The notes: a model not told the origin generated them from the sequence alone. A stretch of 33,504 bases of DNA from Octopus bimaculoides (GCF_001194135.2 NC_068999.1:10213817-10247320), one strand, 5' to 3'. Positions 1 through 12,134 are shown, numbered from the stretch's first letter. A program made the numbers and translations.

Positions 1-250
1 GTGTGTGTTTATTGTTTGTGTCGGTGTATATCTCCACCACCACCACCACCACCACCACCATCGCTTGACAATCGATGTTCGTGTATTTACGTCCCCGCAA
101 CTTAGCGGTTCGGCAAAAAAAAAAAGAGACCGGTAGAATAAGTTGAAGGCTTACAAAGAATGAGTCATGGTGTCGTTTTATTCGAGTAACGGGGGTGCTC
201 CAGCATGGCCGTAGTCAAATGACTTAAGCAAGTAAAAGAATAAAAGAAGA
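1..250 (+). mobile_element. SINE-A (tRNA-derived CORE-type SINE), 3' half
   Basis: CGCTTGACAATCGATG..TTTACGTCCCCGCAACTTAGCGGTTCGGCAAAA..GTGCTCCAGCATGGCCGTAGTCAAATGACT..AAAAGAATAAAAGAA matches the reverse complement of the near-complete copy at 10833-11240. The 5' half lies outside the window. Confidence 0.9.
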
Positions 251-781
251 ATATATATACATGCGTAGATACATATATAATACATACTCGCGTGGGTGTT
301 TGTATAAGTTCATACACGTATACTTACCTACACACACACACACTTACAACCACACGACGGTGATCGTGATGATGTTTATAGAGGTGATGTAGATTGTGAT
401 GATGATGATGATGTTGTTGATGACAATGATGACGTTGTTGATGATGGTATTATATATATGTCATGATATAACAATGTCCAAGTAATTGCCTTGTGCAATG
501 TTTAATGTCTGTCGATGTATTATTTATAACTATTATACCCATGGTCGTCAAAACGGCGACAGTTTTATTAATGATAGAAAATGACGCATTATTTCAAAAC
601 TTTGGCAGATTCGATTGATAGCATTAACGAAAGACTTTGCACTTTTTGGTTAACAGAAATCCATGAAACGAAATTTGGCGAGTATTTTGTTCATATCTAT
701 GTCTACGAAAATCTCCGTAAAGAAACTCCTTTAATACAAACGTATTTATATATATATGTGTCTGTGTGTGTATGTGTGTGT

Positions 782-822
<41 letters not shown>

Positions 823-844
823 TGCGCGTGTGCGTGTGTATATA

Positions 845-971
845 CAGGGTGTCCACAAAGTTTGGGTACATGCTGTAAATAAAATCATAACATAAACAAT
901 TAAATATAAGAAATAATAATTTCTTAAAGTATGTGTTAATCCCCATGTACCCAGACTTTGTGGACACCCTG
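845..971. mobile_element. 127-bp Tc1/mariner-type MITE
   Basis: 28-bp terminal inverted repeats CAGGGTGTCCACAAAG(T/C)TGGGTACATG-type at 845-872 and 944-971, 27/28 complementary, flanked by TA on both sides (843-844, 972-973). AT-rich non-coding interior. Confidence 0.88.
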
Positions 972-2236
972 TATATGTGTGTATGTATATATGTGTGTGC
1001 GTATGTAGGTATCGTGGTTTTATCCAAAATTGAGACGAGCGCCAACAGCCCAGAAAACGATGGTTGTGTGGTTGCCCCACGAACAAGGAATTTTTATCCA
1101 TCAATATGGTATTGATGCTCATTCTCACTGTTCGATATGTGTTCATGTGTTTGTTAGTGGTGGTGTAGTCAATGTAAAAATTAAATCAGGCTTCTGTACA
1201 GTATTTACACCGCAGTTAATGAACCGAGCAACCTACGAACAATACAAATCTAGTAATCTTCCAATAGAATTGTACACGTGCAGTATAAAGTTGTTGAGAG
1301 TATTCAAATTTCCCTCCTTGGTGCATTGACTTTATAATGTTTGAGGTGTGTCACCTATTCTAAAAACCTCTTACGTGTGCTAGATCATTTTGATTGGCTT
1401 GTCAAATATTCAAATCAATAAATGTATATAACAATATTATTGAAATAAGAAAATCAACAGCAGAGAATATTAAAAGGAACCATTGTTTCTGAAGGCATTG
1501 TTTTCCCCAGAACAATGAAGAAAATCGTGAGGTTCTTGAATGTCAGAATATTTATAGACTAATGCTAAAATAATTGTGTGCTACTGTGAAAAACAAAATG
1601 GTATCATGAAATATAAGTATAATATGGTGAGATCAACACAGATGGATTATATGACAATCCAAGGCTATGATGCTCTATTCGGTGCTGTTGAACCTTATGA
1701 AAATTTTGGTATGTACTTAGCTAAATGGCAACATTTTGTAAAGATTTCTTATCTTGTAAGCAGATAATTTACAAACATATTGATGCTATTCGATGACATT
1801 CTTCTTGGCAGAGCGTAAATTGTATATTTTTTCTAATGGGTCTATGCTCTACACCAATCTTGACCTCAAAATCAGTATCATGGTATTTTAAATAAACGAT
1901 GTTTAGTGGTTATAATGTTGCATGCCTTCTTTACTATGATTCAGAAGAATTATATGTGGTTGAAATAACGTTGTTTAAACCTACCATATGTCAAAGTAGT
2001 GTACATTTAAGTAGCGTTTACATCTGTTTCATATGTTATTGCAGATCTCTTTCATGATTGATTATATGAATATGCTTTCGTAGTTTTACGTAAGAAATCA
2101 GTTCCACAATCCAATAGATTGTATTGGAAGATTCCAATATAAGAAGAGTTTAAAAAAGGCAAAAGAGATTTGGTGTTATTATGCGTCTTGTCCTTAATAT
2201 TGGAAACACAGTCTAACTTGTCATGTTCATTAGTAA

Positions 2237-2570
2237 TCAGGACTTATTCTTTGTAAGCCTAGTACTTATTCTATCGGTCTCTTCTGCCGAACCGATATGT
2301 TACGGAGACGTAAACACACCAGCATCGGTTGTGAAGCGATGTGGGCGGCAAGACAAGCAAAGAAACAAAGACACACACACACACACACACACATACATAT
2401 TTATATTTATATACGACTTCTTTCAGTTTCCGTCTACTAAATCCACTCACAAGGCTTTGGTCAACCCGAGGGTATAGTAGACGATACTTGCCCATAGTGC
2501 CACGCAGTGAGACTGAACCCAGAACCCAGTGGTTGGGAAGCAAGCTTCTTATCATACAGCCACTCCTGCC
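2237..2570 (-). mobile_element. SINE-A, nearly complete, 3' end missing
   Basis: Collinear with 10833-11240, including the tRNA-like head (reverse complement GGCAGGAGTGGCTGTATGAT..GGGTTCAGTCTC) and a central CA/TA microsatellite. Confidence 0.92.
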
Positions 2571-2809
2571 TATACACACACACACACACACACAACCAGT
2601 TCCTTCCTTCTGCTCAGTCCAACATGTAATAATCGCTAATTCAAAAGGTTTTATTATTCTTCATTTGTTTTCTCTCCTCATTCCTTTGTGTAGAAGTGCG
2701 TAGCCTCGAAACGTCAAAGATTTCTTTCATTTTCCCTAATCGTTAAACTAATGCAACACATTTCTTGTCCTTTCATCAGTCTTTCTTTTTGGTATGTTTT
2801 GGACAATTG

Positions 2810-2840
<31 letters not shown>

Positions 2841-3043
2841 TACTGTGAATGAATGTGTGTATGTATGTGTGCGTGTCCTTTTTTTTTCTCCTTATGTGTG
2901 TGTATGTGAGTGAATATGTGCGATTGTCTGTGTGCGCTTTAGCATTGCTTCTTATATAACAGAATACAAAATTAGAAAACGATTTTCTTCTAATTTCCTT
3001 TTTGTTAAGGCTCATGGATTTCAGAAAGTATATATGTGCTAAA

Positions 3044-3355
3044 CTATGTGTATATAGTAACAAGCTTGCTTGCCAACCACATGGTTTGGGGTTCAGTTCT
3101 ACTGCAGAGAATCTTGGGCAGGTGTCTTCTACTATAGCCTTGGGCCGAACAGCCCGTCAGTGATATTTATGTGTGAGTGTCTTGACAATCGATGTTGGCG
3201 TGTTTACGTCCCCGAAACCTAGCGGGTCGGCAAAAAAGATAGATAGAGTAAGTATTAGGCTTACAAATAATAAGTTCTGGGTTCAATTTCTACGACTAAA
3301 GGCGGTGCTTGAGAATGGCCACAGTCAAATAACTGAATCCGGTAAAAAAATAAAA
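3044..3355 (+). mobile_element. SINE-A, diverged, internally deleted
   Basis: AAGCTTGCTTGCCAACCACATGG..GGTTCAGTTC..TTGGGCAGGTGTCTTCTACTATAGCC..TTGACAATCGATG..TTTACGTCCCCG..AGGCGGTGCT..GGCCACAGTCAAAT are family blocks in order; the middle block is missing. Confidence 0.88.
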
Positions 3356-3396
3356 GTTCATATACGTGTTTGTGTTTGTGTGTATCATACTCACAT

Positions 3397-3458
<62 letters not shown>

Positions 3459-3701
3459 NNNNNNNNNNNNNNNNNNNNNNNNNNNNNNNNNNNNNNNNNN
3501 NNNNNNNNNNNNNNNNNNNNNNNNNNNNNNNNNNNNNNNNNNNNNNNNNNNNNNNNNNNNNNNNNNNNNNNNNNNNNNNNNNNNNNNNNNNNNNNNNNNN
3601 NNNNNNNNNNNNNNNNNNNNNNNNNNNNNNNNNNNNNNNNNNNNNNNNNNNNNNNNNNNNNNNNNNNNNNNNNNNNNNNNNNNNNNNNNNNNNNNNNNNN
3701 N
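3459..3701. other. Assembly gap, representative of 17 N runs (others at approx. 4884, 6435, 8137, 10044, 12467, 13095, 14595, 16176, 19234, 20256, 21910, 23107, 25441, 26233, 27777, 32832)
   Basis: N runs, mostly bordered by (TA)n, (CA)n or (GA)n tracts, as expected for short-read assembly breaks. Confidence 0.98.
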
Positions 3702-3740
<39 letters not shown>

Positions 3741-4804
3741 GAGAGAGAGATAGACTTCAACCACAGTTGACTCTGTATTGAATTTATTTTATGACACATA
3801 TAGCTGTCGGATATCGGGTTGTCGAGTGCAACTTTTACGGGTGTTGGTGCATTTTTTTGGGATTTCTAAGAGGAATTTGAGTTCATTACATTTCAAAGTT
3901 ATGGCTTTATTTCCTCCCTTGACCATCTATTGTAAAAATGTGCCGAACTGTGTTATGTGAACTCGACTTTTGTCATGAAAAACTGTTAAGAGAGCCTAGC
4001 CCTGAATTATTATTTTTAACTTCGTTCCAAATAGTTTTCTGAATTGTAATAGGAGACGTTTCCCGATATGCAAATAAGTTGGTTCTCAAACTGGCCTTGC
4101 AGCGGGTTGTAAGCACTGCATGAGCCATTCCCACTTTGAGGGCATGGCAGTAAACCTTATCTCACGCCTATCAGATATATATGTCACGGCCGGTATATGT
4201 GCCAGTTTGTGTGTGTCTTTATTAACACATTGAGTCAGATTCATGTGACTCAAATTTCGGAGGCGCCAAGAATACTTCCATCGTATCAGAGTGGGAGTTT
4301 TGTGGTGGCATCTGAGTACACTGAACAAAATTATGAGCATCCTATCGCCAAAATGGCGCCAGCATCCCGTCCGAACACGTGGGAGTAAAAATAGATTTTA
4401 AAAAAAAATAATACTATAGAAAGCTGTGGTAGTGTTAACACACGTCATGCAACTTGACCAATGGTCTAAAACCACTAGAACTCATCTTGAAATTGTTTCA
4501 AACCTGCCAACCTGCATCTGTTGGAATGGACGCGTCCTATCTGACCATGGATCCTGTAAGTCATGAGGAGCTAAATCAGATTGTAATTAAGTATATACGT
4601 AAAATCTACCGAATACGTCGAGTGCAACATCTTTTTGATCACTCACCCTTGTGTAAGTATGTACGTATGGAAGACAAGTCTGAGAAGAAAGCAACATGGT
4701 TCGATAATCGATTAAGGTTGCTCGTCATTTTTTCAGTCAACGGAGAAATAGTTAAATTTGCCATATGTATGTATGTATGCATATATGTATGTATGTATGT
4801 ATGC

Positions 4805-4837
<33 letters not shown>

Positions 4838-5046
4838 TATGTGTATGTATGTACCTATCTATCCAAATATACATATATATATANNNNNNNNNNNNNNNNN
4901 NNNNNNNNNNNNNNNNNNNNNNNNNNNNNNNNNNNNNNNNNNNNNNNNNNNNNNNNNNNNNNNNNNNNNNNNNNNNNNNNNNNNNNNNNNNNNNNNNNNN
5001 NNNNNNNNNNNNNNNNNNNNNNNNNNNNNNNNNNNNNNNNNNNNNN

Positions 5047-5124
5047 TATATGTCTGTGTTTGTACATATATATATATGTCTGTGTTTGTACATATATATA
5101 TATGTCTGTGTTTGTACATATATA
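5047..5124. repeat. 26-bp minisatellite, 3 copies
   Basis: TGTCTGTGTTTGTACA core starts at 5051, 5077 and 5103, with (TA)n linkers. Confidence 0.85.
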
Positions 5125-5225
5125 TATTCATATATATGTATACGTATATATGTAAATATATATGCATATATATATTTATGTATGTGTGCGTATATATATG
5201 TATATACATACATATATATATATAT

Positions 5226-5443
5226 AATTATAATATAGGGTATCTAAAAGATACCACCACGCTGAAAATAACAGTCAAATCTTGACTCTAAACCACAATA
5301 AATGTTCATATAGCACGAAGAGCGAAGACGAAGATAAAATAAACTAGCAAAAACTAGCAAAAATCCAGTATCGTGGTTTAGAGTCAATATTTGACTGTTA
5401 TTTTCAGCGTGGTTGTATCTTTTAGATACCCTATATTATAATT
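5226..5443. mobile_element. MITE or foldback element with 75-bp inverted arms
   Basis: 5226-5300 is the reverse complement of 5369-5443 at 72/75 positions, with a 68-bp spacer. The arms begin AATTATAATATAGGGTATCTAAAAGATAC. Confidence 0.8.
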
Positions 5444-6357
5444 TTAAATAATTGTTACCTTTGATGGTTTTTATTCCCATGCTGGCCACTTGATAAGATC
5501 AATATTTTAAATATCGATCTTATCCTTATTTATATAAATATATATATATACATATACAAAGACAGATACATACACACACAAACACATATATATGAAAGCA
5601 CACACACTTATATATGCATGCCTGGTCCGATCCTCAGTGCTTGAAATTATATATGGCTACATGGACTCTCATTCAGCAACCACGAGTTTCTGAGTTCGAG
5701 TACTACGGTTTGTTTCCTTTGATAAAGCGTCAAGCAATACATGACTAAAATACAACATTGATTTGCCAAACAATTTGTGAGCGGCATTTTGTTGACTGAA
5801 ACGGTGCTGATGTTCGTCTTCAGTGTGTGTGTGTGTGTGTATGGGTGTAAGGGTATGCGCTTGTGTATGTAGGTGCGTACCTATGTGCGCGCGCGTGTGT
5901 ATTTGTTTGTGTGTGTGTGCGTTTGCAATCATCAAAGAGCTTTGAATGCGGTACCCTTTGGTGGCATCATATCAATGACGGAAACCAGGAACAAAAATAA
6001 TGTTCACACTCACAGTCACACACGCGAAATTGAGGGAGAAACACAGGTGTGTGTGTGTGTGCACATGCGTGTATATGAGTATATGCGTGAATGCATGTGC
6101 ACGCATGTGTTTCGAACTGTATGCGTGCAATGCATACGTAGATGAGTGTGTGTGTGTGTACGTACATATATATGTATATACATATATATATTTATATATA
6201 AGTATATAGACATACATGTATACATATGTATGTATATATGTATTTTATACATATATGTATATATGTTCTCTCTTTCCTTTCCTGAGCATCCAATAATACT
6301 ATCCATATCACGTCCTCACTTTGTTGTTTTTTTGTTTTTTTTGTTATTGTTTTTTTG

Positions 6358-6395
<38 letters not shown>

Positions 6396-6402
6396 ATATA
6401 CG

Positions 6403-6434
<32 letters not shown>

Positions 6435-6697
6435 NNNNNNNNNNNNNNNNNNNNNNNNNNNNNNNNNNNNNNNNNNNNNNNNNNNNNNNNNNNNNNNNNN
6501 NNNNNNNNNNNNNNNNNNNNNNNNNNNNNNNNNNNNNNNNNNNNNNNNNNNNNNTGTATATATATATTTGTATATATGTATATAAGTATATATATATGTA
6601 TGTACGTATACATGTATATATATGTTTATACACACACACTTGTATGTGCGTGAACATGCATTCACACTCATTTATTATATTCCTCACCCCCACACCA

Positions 6698-6816
<119 letters not shown>

Positions 6817-7469
6817 GATAAATAAACAAGAATACAAATAATAATAAAAGCCTCGAAAACTTCCCACTGGTTGGTGTTAGACACTCTGTGTAATCTCGTG
6901 GAATCACCAGTGTGGCAGGGGTGCGTCGATGGTCGCGTAGGAAGTTAATGCAGTAGGAATTAGGCGTGGAGTGAGGAGTGTTACTGTGATTAACAACGAA
7001 ATTATACCGGATACTTTAGCTGGTAGAGCAGGTTTTTTTTTACCTTCATATTCTTGTTTGCTGTCTCCTCTAACCGGTTCTTTATAAAAATAATAAATAA
7101 ATTAATACGAGGATGGGCAATCGTGAGCCAAGTTTAGCTAGACAGCGTAAAGGTGTTGATGATAATATTGAACGGACTCAAATTGTTAAAATATGTTGTC
7201 GAAACTTTGGATTCCCATCAACACCCTTGTGTATAAACCTGCCTACATACACCCATCTACTTACAGATAGATATATAGCAACCTACATACCTAACTACGA
7301 ACTTAACTGCTTATGTGTGCCGCGGCGCACCCGTCCAGAATAAATAAAATAAATAAATAAATATATATGTATATATATACACACACACAAAGAGGTGAGC
7401 ACAAGTGCAAAGCAAAGTCGAAAAAACAGTACTCGAATACCAAATGTAGAGTAGTGTACATTTTATTAA

Positions 7470-7593
7470 AGCTGCGAAATCGTCACATAACTGTTACTTA
7501 GAGTTTGATGCTCTTGTTCGTTGGAGACTTGTGAATGTCCGACGAGCAGAAACGTGAAACTGTGAGTAACAGTCGTGCGATAATTTTGCAGCT
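7470..7593. mobile_element. Degenerate Kolobok-like MITE
   Basis: Arms 7467-7506 and 7557-7596 are complementary at 32/40 positions. Ends read TTAA|AGCTGC...GCAGCT|TTAT, i.e. a TTAA-like target site and RR..YY termini. Confidence 0.6.
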
Positions 7594-7604
7594 TTATAGA
7601 TATC

Positions 7605-7903
7605 ATTCACTTTGAGTTTCCTCCTCTCACACACCCTTCCAAACTTTACTACTGGTCTCCTCAGTTGCTCTTCTGACTCTACCACCAGTGCTGTATCACC
7701 AGCAAAGAAGAACTGTCTCACCTGCCATTTCTCTCCATTTACTCCCACCATTCGGGCGCCCCTACCAAAGGTTCTAGCATTTACCTCTCTAACCATATCA
7801 TCCATATATAAATTAAACAGCCATGGAGACATCACACAACCCTGTCTTAACCCCACTTTCACACGAAACCACTCACTTTACCACCCACCCTAACGCACAG
7901 CCT
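7605..7903 (-). mobile_element. RTE-clade LINE reverse transcriptase fragment (inactive)
   Basis: Translation CVRVGG/fs/SEWFRVKVGLRQGCVMSPWLFNLYMD..QVRQFFFAGDTALVVESEEQLRR..GRVCERRKLKVN. It contains the RT GLRQG-x-SP-x-LF motif. The catalytic FADD is mutated to FAGD, and there is a frameshift near 7880. Both ends are truncated. Confidence 0.93.
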
Positions 7904-8095
7904 ATGTATATATACACATATTAGAAGGTTTGGAGATGATGTACAGGTATTATATATTAGAAAAAATAATAAGGTACTCAGAGATCTGGATGGTTGACAT
8001 TTACAGATTTTTATTAATGTCACATGCTTTTATAAATCATATATTAGCGCTTGCATCTACTATAATAGATTCTTCAGATATACATATACATATAC

Positions 8096-8136
<41 letters not shown>

Positions 8137-8406
8137 NNNNNNNNNNNNNNNNNNNNNNNNNNNNNNNNNNNNNNNNNNNNNNNNNNNNNNNNNNNNNNNN
8201 NNNNNNNNNNNNNNNNNNNNNNNNNNNNNNNNNNNNNNNNNNNNNNNNNNNNNNNNNNNNNNNNNNNNNNNNNNNNNNNNNNNNNNNNNNNNNNNNNNNN
8301 NNNNNNNNNATATATATATTCATATATATATTTCTTTACATATATATTGTATATATTTAATATATATATAGACATAAATAAACACACATATCTATTTATC
8401 TATCTG

Positions 8407-8458
<52 letters not shown>

Positions 8459-8492
8459 ATATTATAATATATATATATATATATACATTATA

Positions 8493-8646
8493 ATACGGCG
8501 ATGTTCTTCGAGTTTCCATCTACCAAATCCACTGACAAGGATTTGGCTAGCCTTAGGCTATATAGTAGAAGAAACTTATCGAAGTTGCTACGCGGTATGA
8601 CTAAACGAACATGGAACCATTCTTACGACACAGCCATACCAGCGCC
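8493..8646 (-). mobile_element. SINE-A, old 5' half
   Basis: AGTTTCCATCTACCAAATCCACTGACAAGG..GGCTATA..GTAGAAGA..CTTACGACACAGCCATACCAGCGCC aligns to 11090-11240. Confidence 0.8.
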
Positions 8647-9374
8647 AGAGTAAAGTGTATGAAGATTATTCCTGCACATATTCAATGATTGCAACATTAT
8701 GCAAACAGTTGAATTTGCGATCTTGAATACGAGTAGTACGCACAATCTGCTGTTGTGTCCTGTTGTAATGTTACTTTTACTTTTCTATATGGAGAGAAAA
8801 TGTAATGTAACTTAAACTGAAGATCTACTTTTTTATTGCAAGGTCTAGAATGTTAAAGTTTGGTCACTGAAATATTTAACTTATATCATGTACGAGAATG
8901 TCTGTGTGTTTGAGTGTACATGTGTGTATGCGTAAAGAGATATAGAAAGATAGATGAAAACCATATATATATATATATGTGTGTGTACCCCTAGTGAGTG
9001 GTCCAGCCTTCTGTATCAAAACTAGGAATATATATATGTTTAACTGCTGATGGTAAGTAGTTCTGAAAATATTTAGTGTGGATTTTAGTTCTTTCGCTCT
9101 CTGTATGTTCATTGTCACTGTCACCGTAAATTTCCCACATAACTTTCAGACTTTACTTTTTGGTCGTCTTAGTTATACTTTTAGTAATGTTAATGATTTT
9201 GTATGCAGCACTTTAAAAGAAATGAATGTTTGTTACGTTTTTTTAAAATCTACTTTACTCTCAACGAATGTGTCGCTTGGTGATATGTAATAGCTGGTAT
9301 GAGACGCAAACACACATACGCACATACATTTTCATACGAGTCTTTTTTACGCCTTTGTGTTTGTATATCGTAGC

Positions 9375-9376
<2 letters not shown>

Positions 9377-9447
<71 letters not shown>

Positions 9448-9460
9448 ATTATTATTATTA
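9377..9460. repeat. (TTA)n microsatellite
   Basis: Seen directly. Confidence 0.97.
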
Positions 9461-10832
9461 CGAGACAGTAGAAATAGTTCCATAAGAAGAGACCGTTGCA
9501 TGAAATATAGCATTACAGATTTTCGAAGTGGGGCGAGATTTAAATGTTTTGGCCGAGTAATAAATAAGCTGTACTACAATAACTAGATAAAGCTGGCGTT
9601 CGGCCAAGACTTCGTAATATCTTGACCGTCGTGTAGACCGGTTGGGAAAATGGTTTGTAAAGTTTATTTGACACGTCTTGCTATCTCAATGCTTAATGTA
9701 CGAGTCACCATTGTTTGTTGTTCATTGAAGAAAATATATGCTCATGTGGAAACCTCATGAGACCCTAACCTAATGTGTGCAAAAAGCTTAAGATTTTATG
9801 GCACACCGTTTGAAAAACTTCTGTCTTAAGTGTTTCAACTTTCATAGCTGAGAAAACTCAGGGTTGCTTTTTTGCAAGAACGGAAGTCAGAGCATTCAAT
9901 CGATATGGGTTGGTGTTATGCAACCGGGAGGAGAAAAAGATTTCCGGGGAGGACTAAGCAACTAAGATTATACACACACACACACACACGTAGATAGATA
10001 TCCATGCATATTTATGTGCATATATATATATATATATATATATNNNNNNNNNNNNNNNNNNNNNNNNNNNNNNNNNNNNNNNNNNNNNNNNNNNNNNNNN
10101 NNNNNNNNNNNNNNNNTATATATACATGTATGAATATGTATATATATATTACACAATATGGTGGAAAGATACGCATGTGCATTCAACAGATAAAATTTAT
10201 ACTCTTTTTATATTTTCTTCCACCCTACTTAATTTTTACTGTATTTTGATGAACGGGTCACACAAAACGACAGTCTGCTTCTCTCTCTTTTCTTTTTCCC
10301 AACCTAGAATTTACTCTGTGGCGATACTCTTTTGCGTGTGGTACCATTTTGTCCAATCCCTTTTGAATGTTTGTTTATCAGTTGTAAACTCGAAAGTTAT
10401 CTACTTGTACGTTTCTTGTTTCGTCCATTTTCATTTCTGCTATTTTTACCTATAAAGGGGAAAATGCACAAAAAACAGACAAGGACATTCCTCATCAGCC
10501 GTGTTAAGCTTATTCGTTATGGTCTCGTGTCAATGGGAAACATAGGAGTGTTCAAGTAATAATCGCTAGAGACTTCGTAAAAATCTAGGGCAAGGACAAA
10601 GCGATAGATGTTTTATGAGTTAAAGATTTGGGTAGTACAAACAATATGGACAAACATACAAAGTATTACAGGTGAACATAAAAGTAAATGAAATCTTCAA
10701 ATTAATCCAGAAATATATATATATATATGTGTATATGTCTATGTATATACATTTGTATATGTATGTATATGCATAGATATGTATATCGTTGCTATTATGT
10801 TAAACTGTGGTATGTCCAAATTTAGCCATATG

Positions 10833-11240
10833 CTCTTTACTCCTTTAATTGTTTCAGTCATTTGACTGCGGCCATGCTAGAGCACCTCCTTTAGTCGAGC
10901 AAATCAACCTCAGGACTTATTCTTTGTAAGCCTAGCACTTATTCTATCGGTCTCTTTTGCCGAACCGCTAAGTTACGGGGACCTAAACACACCAGCATCA
11001 TTTGTCAAGCGATGTTGGTGGGGAAAAATACAGACAGACAAACACACATACACATATATATATATATACATGTATATACGACGGGCTTCTTTCAGTTTCC
11101 GTCTACCAAATCCACTCACAAGGCTTTGGTCGGCCCGAGGCTATAGCAGAAGGCACTTGCCCAAGGTGCCACGCAGTGGGACTGAACCCAGAACTATGTG
11201 GTTGGTAAGCAAGCTACTTACCACACAGACACTCCTGCGC
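10833..11240 (-). mobile_element. SINE-A, full-length reference copy
   Basis: The sense strand starts GCGCAGGAGTGTCTGTGTGG (A-box-like) ..GGGTTCAGTCCC (B-box-like), then CCTTGGGCAAGTG (CORE/MIR-like motif), a central (TA)/(TG) tract, a conserved 3' body and an A-rich tail. It resembles the octopus OR-type CORE-SINEs as I remember them; the family name is not verified. Confidence 0.95.
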
Positions 11241-11452
11241 TATATGAGTTTTTTTTTTTATTCAGTATTTATTTTTGTTTGCAATAGCCGGTTGTTTTGG
11301 TCTAAGTATCGTATCTCAAGCTGTTTCAGATGCCAAGATATCATAAATTGTCAAAGTGTAGTAGGACTGTTTTGCAATGGAATGGCGAAACTCTTTTATC
11401 GTTTTCTTAAAAAGCAACGTTTTGGACGTACGACACTTCTGCATAATGGCAA

Positions 11453-11490
<38 letters not shown>

Positions 11491-11700
11491 GCGGTTGGAT
11501 TATTCGTAAGAAATCCATCACAATCTTCCCCGAAAAACACCATTCCATCTTTTAAAAAAATCACGTAATTGTACGTAGTACAGTGTAGTTCAATATAACA
11601 TAAGTCTGAAAAAAACTATATACGTAATCAACACAGCAACACACGTTATAACGTATATGATGCATCATAACCGACCTTATGCTAAACGTGGTTACTGTTT

Positions 11701-11790
11701 CTGCGAGAAATAGCAACGAAATTGCCCTAAAAATTAGTCAATACTGTTTTGATTTGAATCTATAAGATAACTTGGGTTTAACAACTATCA
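11701..11790 (+). mobile_element. Dispersed repeat family B relic
   Basis: GAGAAATAGCAACGAAATTGCCCTAAAA matches the motif CTAGAAATAGCA(A/G)CCAAATCT.CCTCAAA seen at 17469, 17683, 24986 and 31198. It ends in a TTGGGTTTAACAAC tail. Confidence 0.55.
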
Positions 11791-12134
11791 ATAAACAAAT
11801 AAATAAAAGTGGGGTTGTCTTGGATGAAGCTTCTTTCATCAGAGGCATTTTTCCGGCGAAGCTGGCGTACTTAAAAGCTACTACAACAATAATTTCAATG
11901 GAAAATAACTATCGGTATTTCCTTTGAGTTTAAAATGTTAGCATGCAGAATTATAAATTATGACTATTTGTGATGAGGGTGGTGGTGGTGGTGGTGGTAA
12001 TGATGATGATGATGATGATGACAATAGTGGGGGTTGGAGTGGTGGTGATGGTGTTAATGGCGAAAATTTTACTCTTTGTTTTCCTTTTCCAACAAATACA
12101 ATCTTTATCATTAATTAGTAATAGTTGTAACGTT

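Noticed and set aside
2690-2716. Hammerhead ribozyme or Penelope-like motif GTAGAAGTGCGTAGCCTCGAAACGTC
   Set aside because: It has GAAAC but lacks the CUGANGA core and a pairing stem II in this copy. At most it is a decayed repeat end.
3408-3751. Large (CT)n...(GA)n hairpin
   Set aside because: The arms are simple repeats separated by a gap, so orientation and spacing are not reliable.
4454-4760. Non-repetitive start of ORF 4454-5155 (MTNGLKPLELILKLF...)
   Set aside because: It starts at TTG, has no recognisable domain and runs into a microsatellite and gap. Its splice signals are weak.
5492-5522. Short palindrome ATAAGATCAATATTT-T-AAATATCGATCTTAT
   Set aside because: It is AT-rich and short, and is expected by chance in this composition.
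9505-9825. Possible hAT-type MITE (right end GCACACCGTTTGAAAAACTTCTG)
   Set aside because: I could not find a matching left terminal repeat or an 8-bp target duplication.
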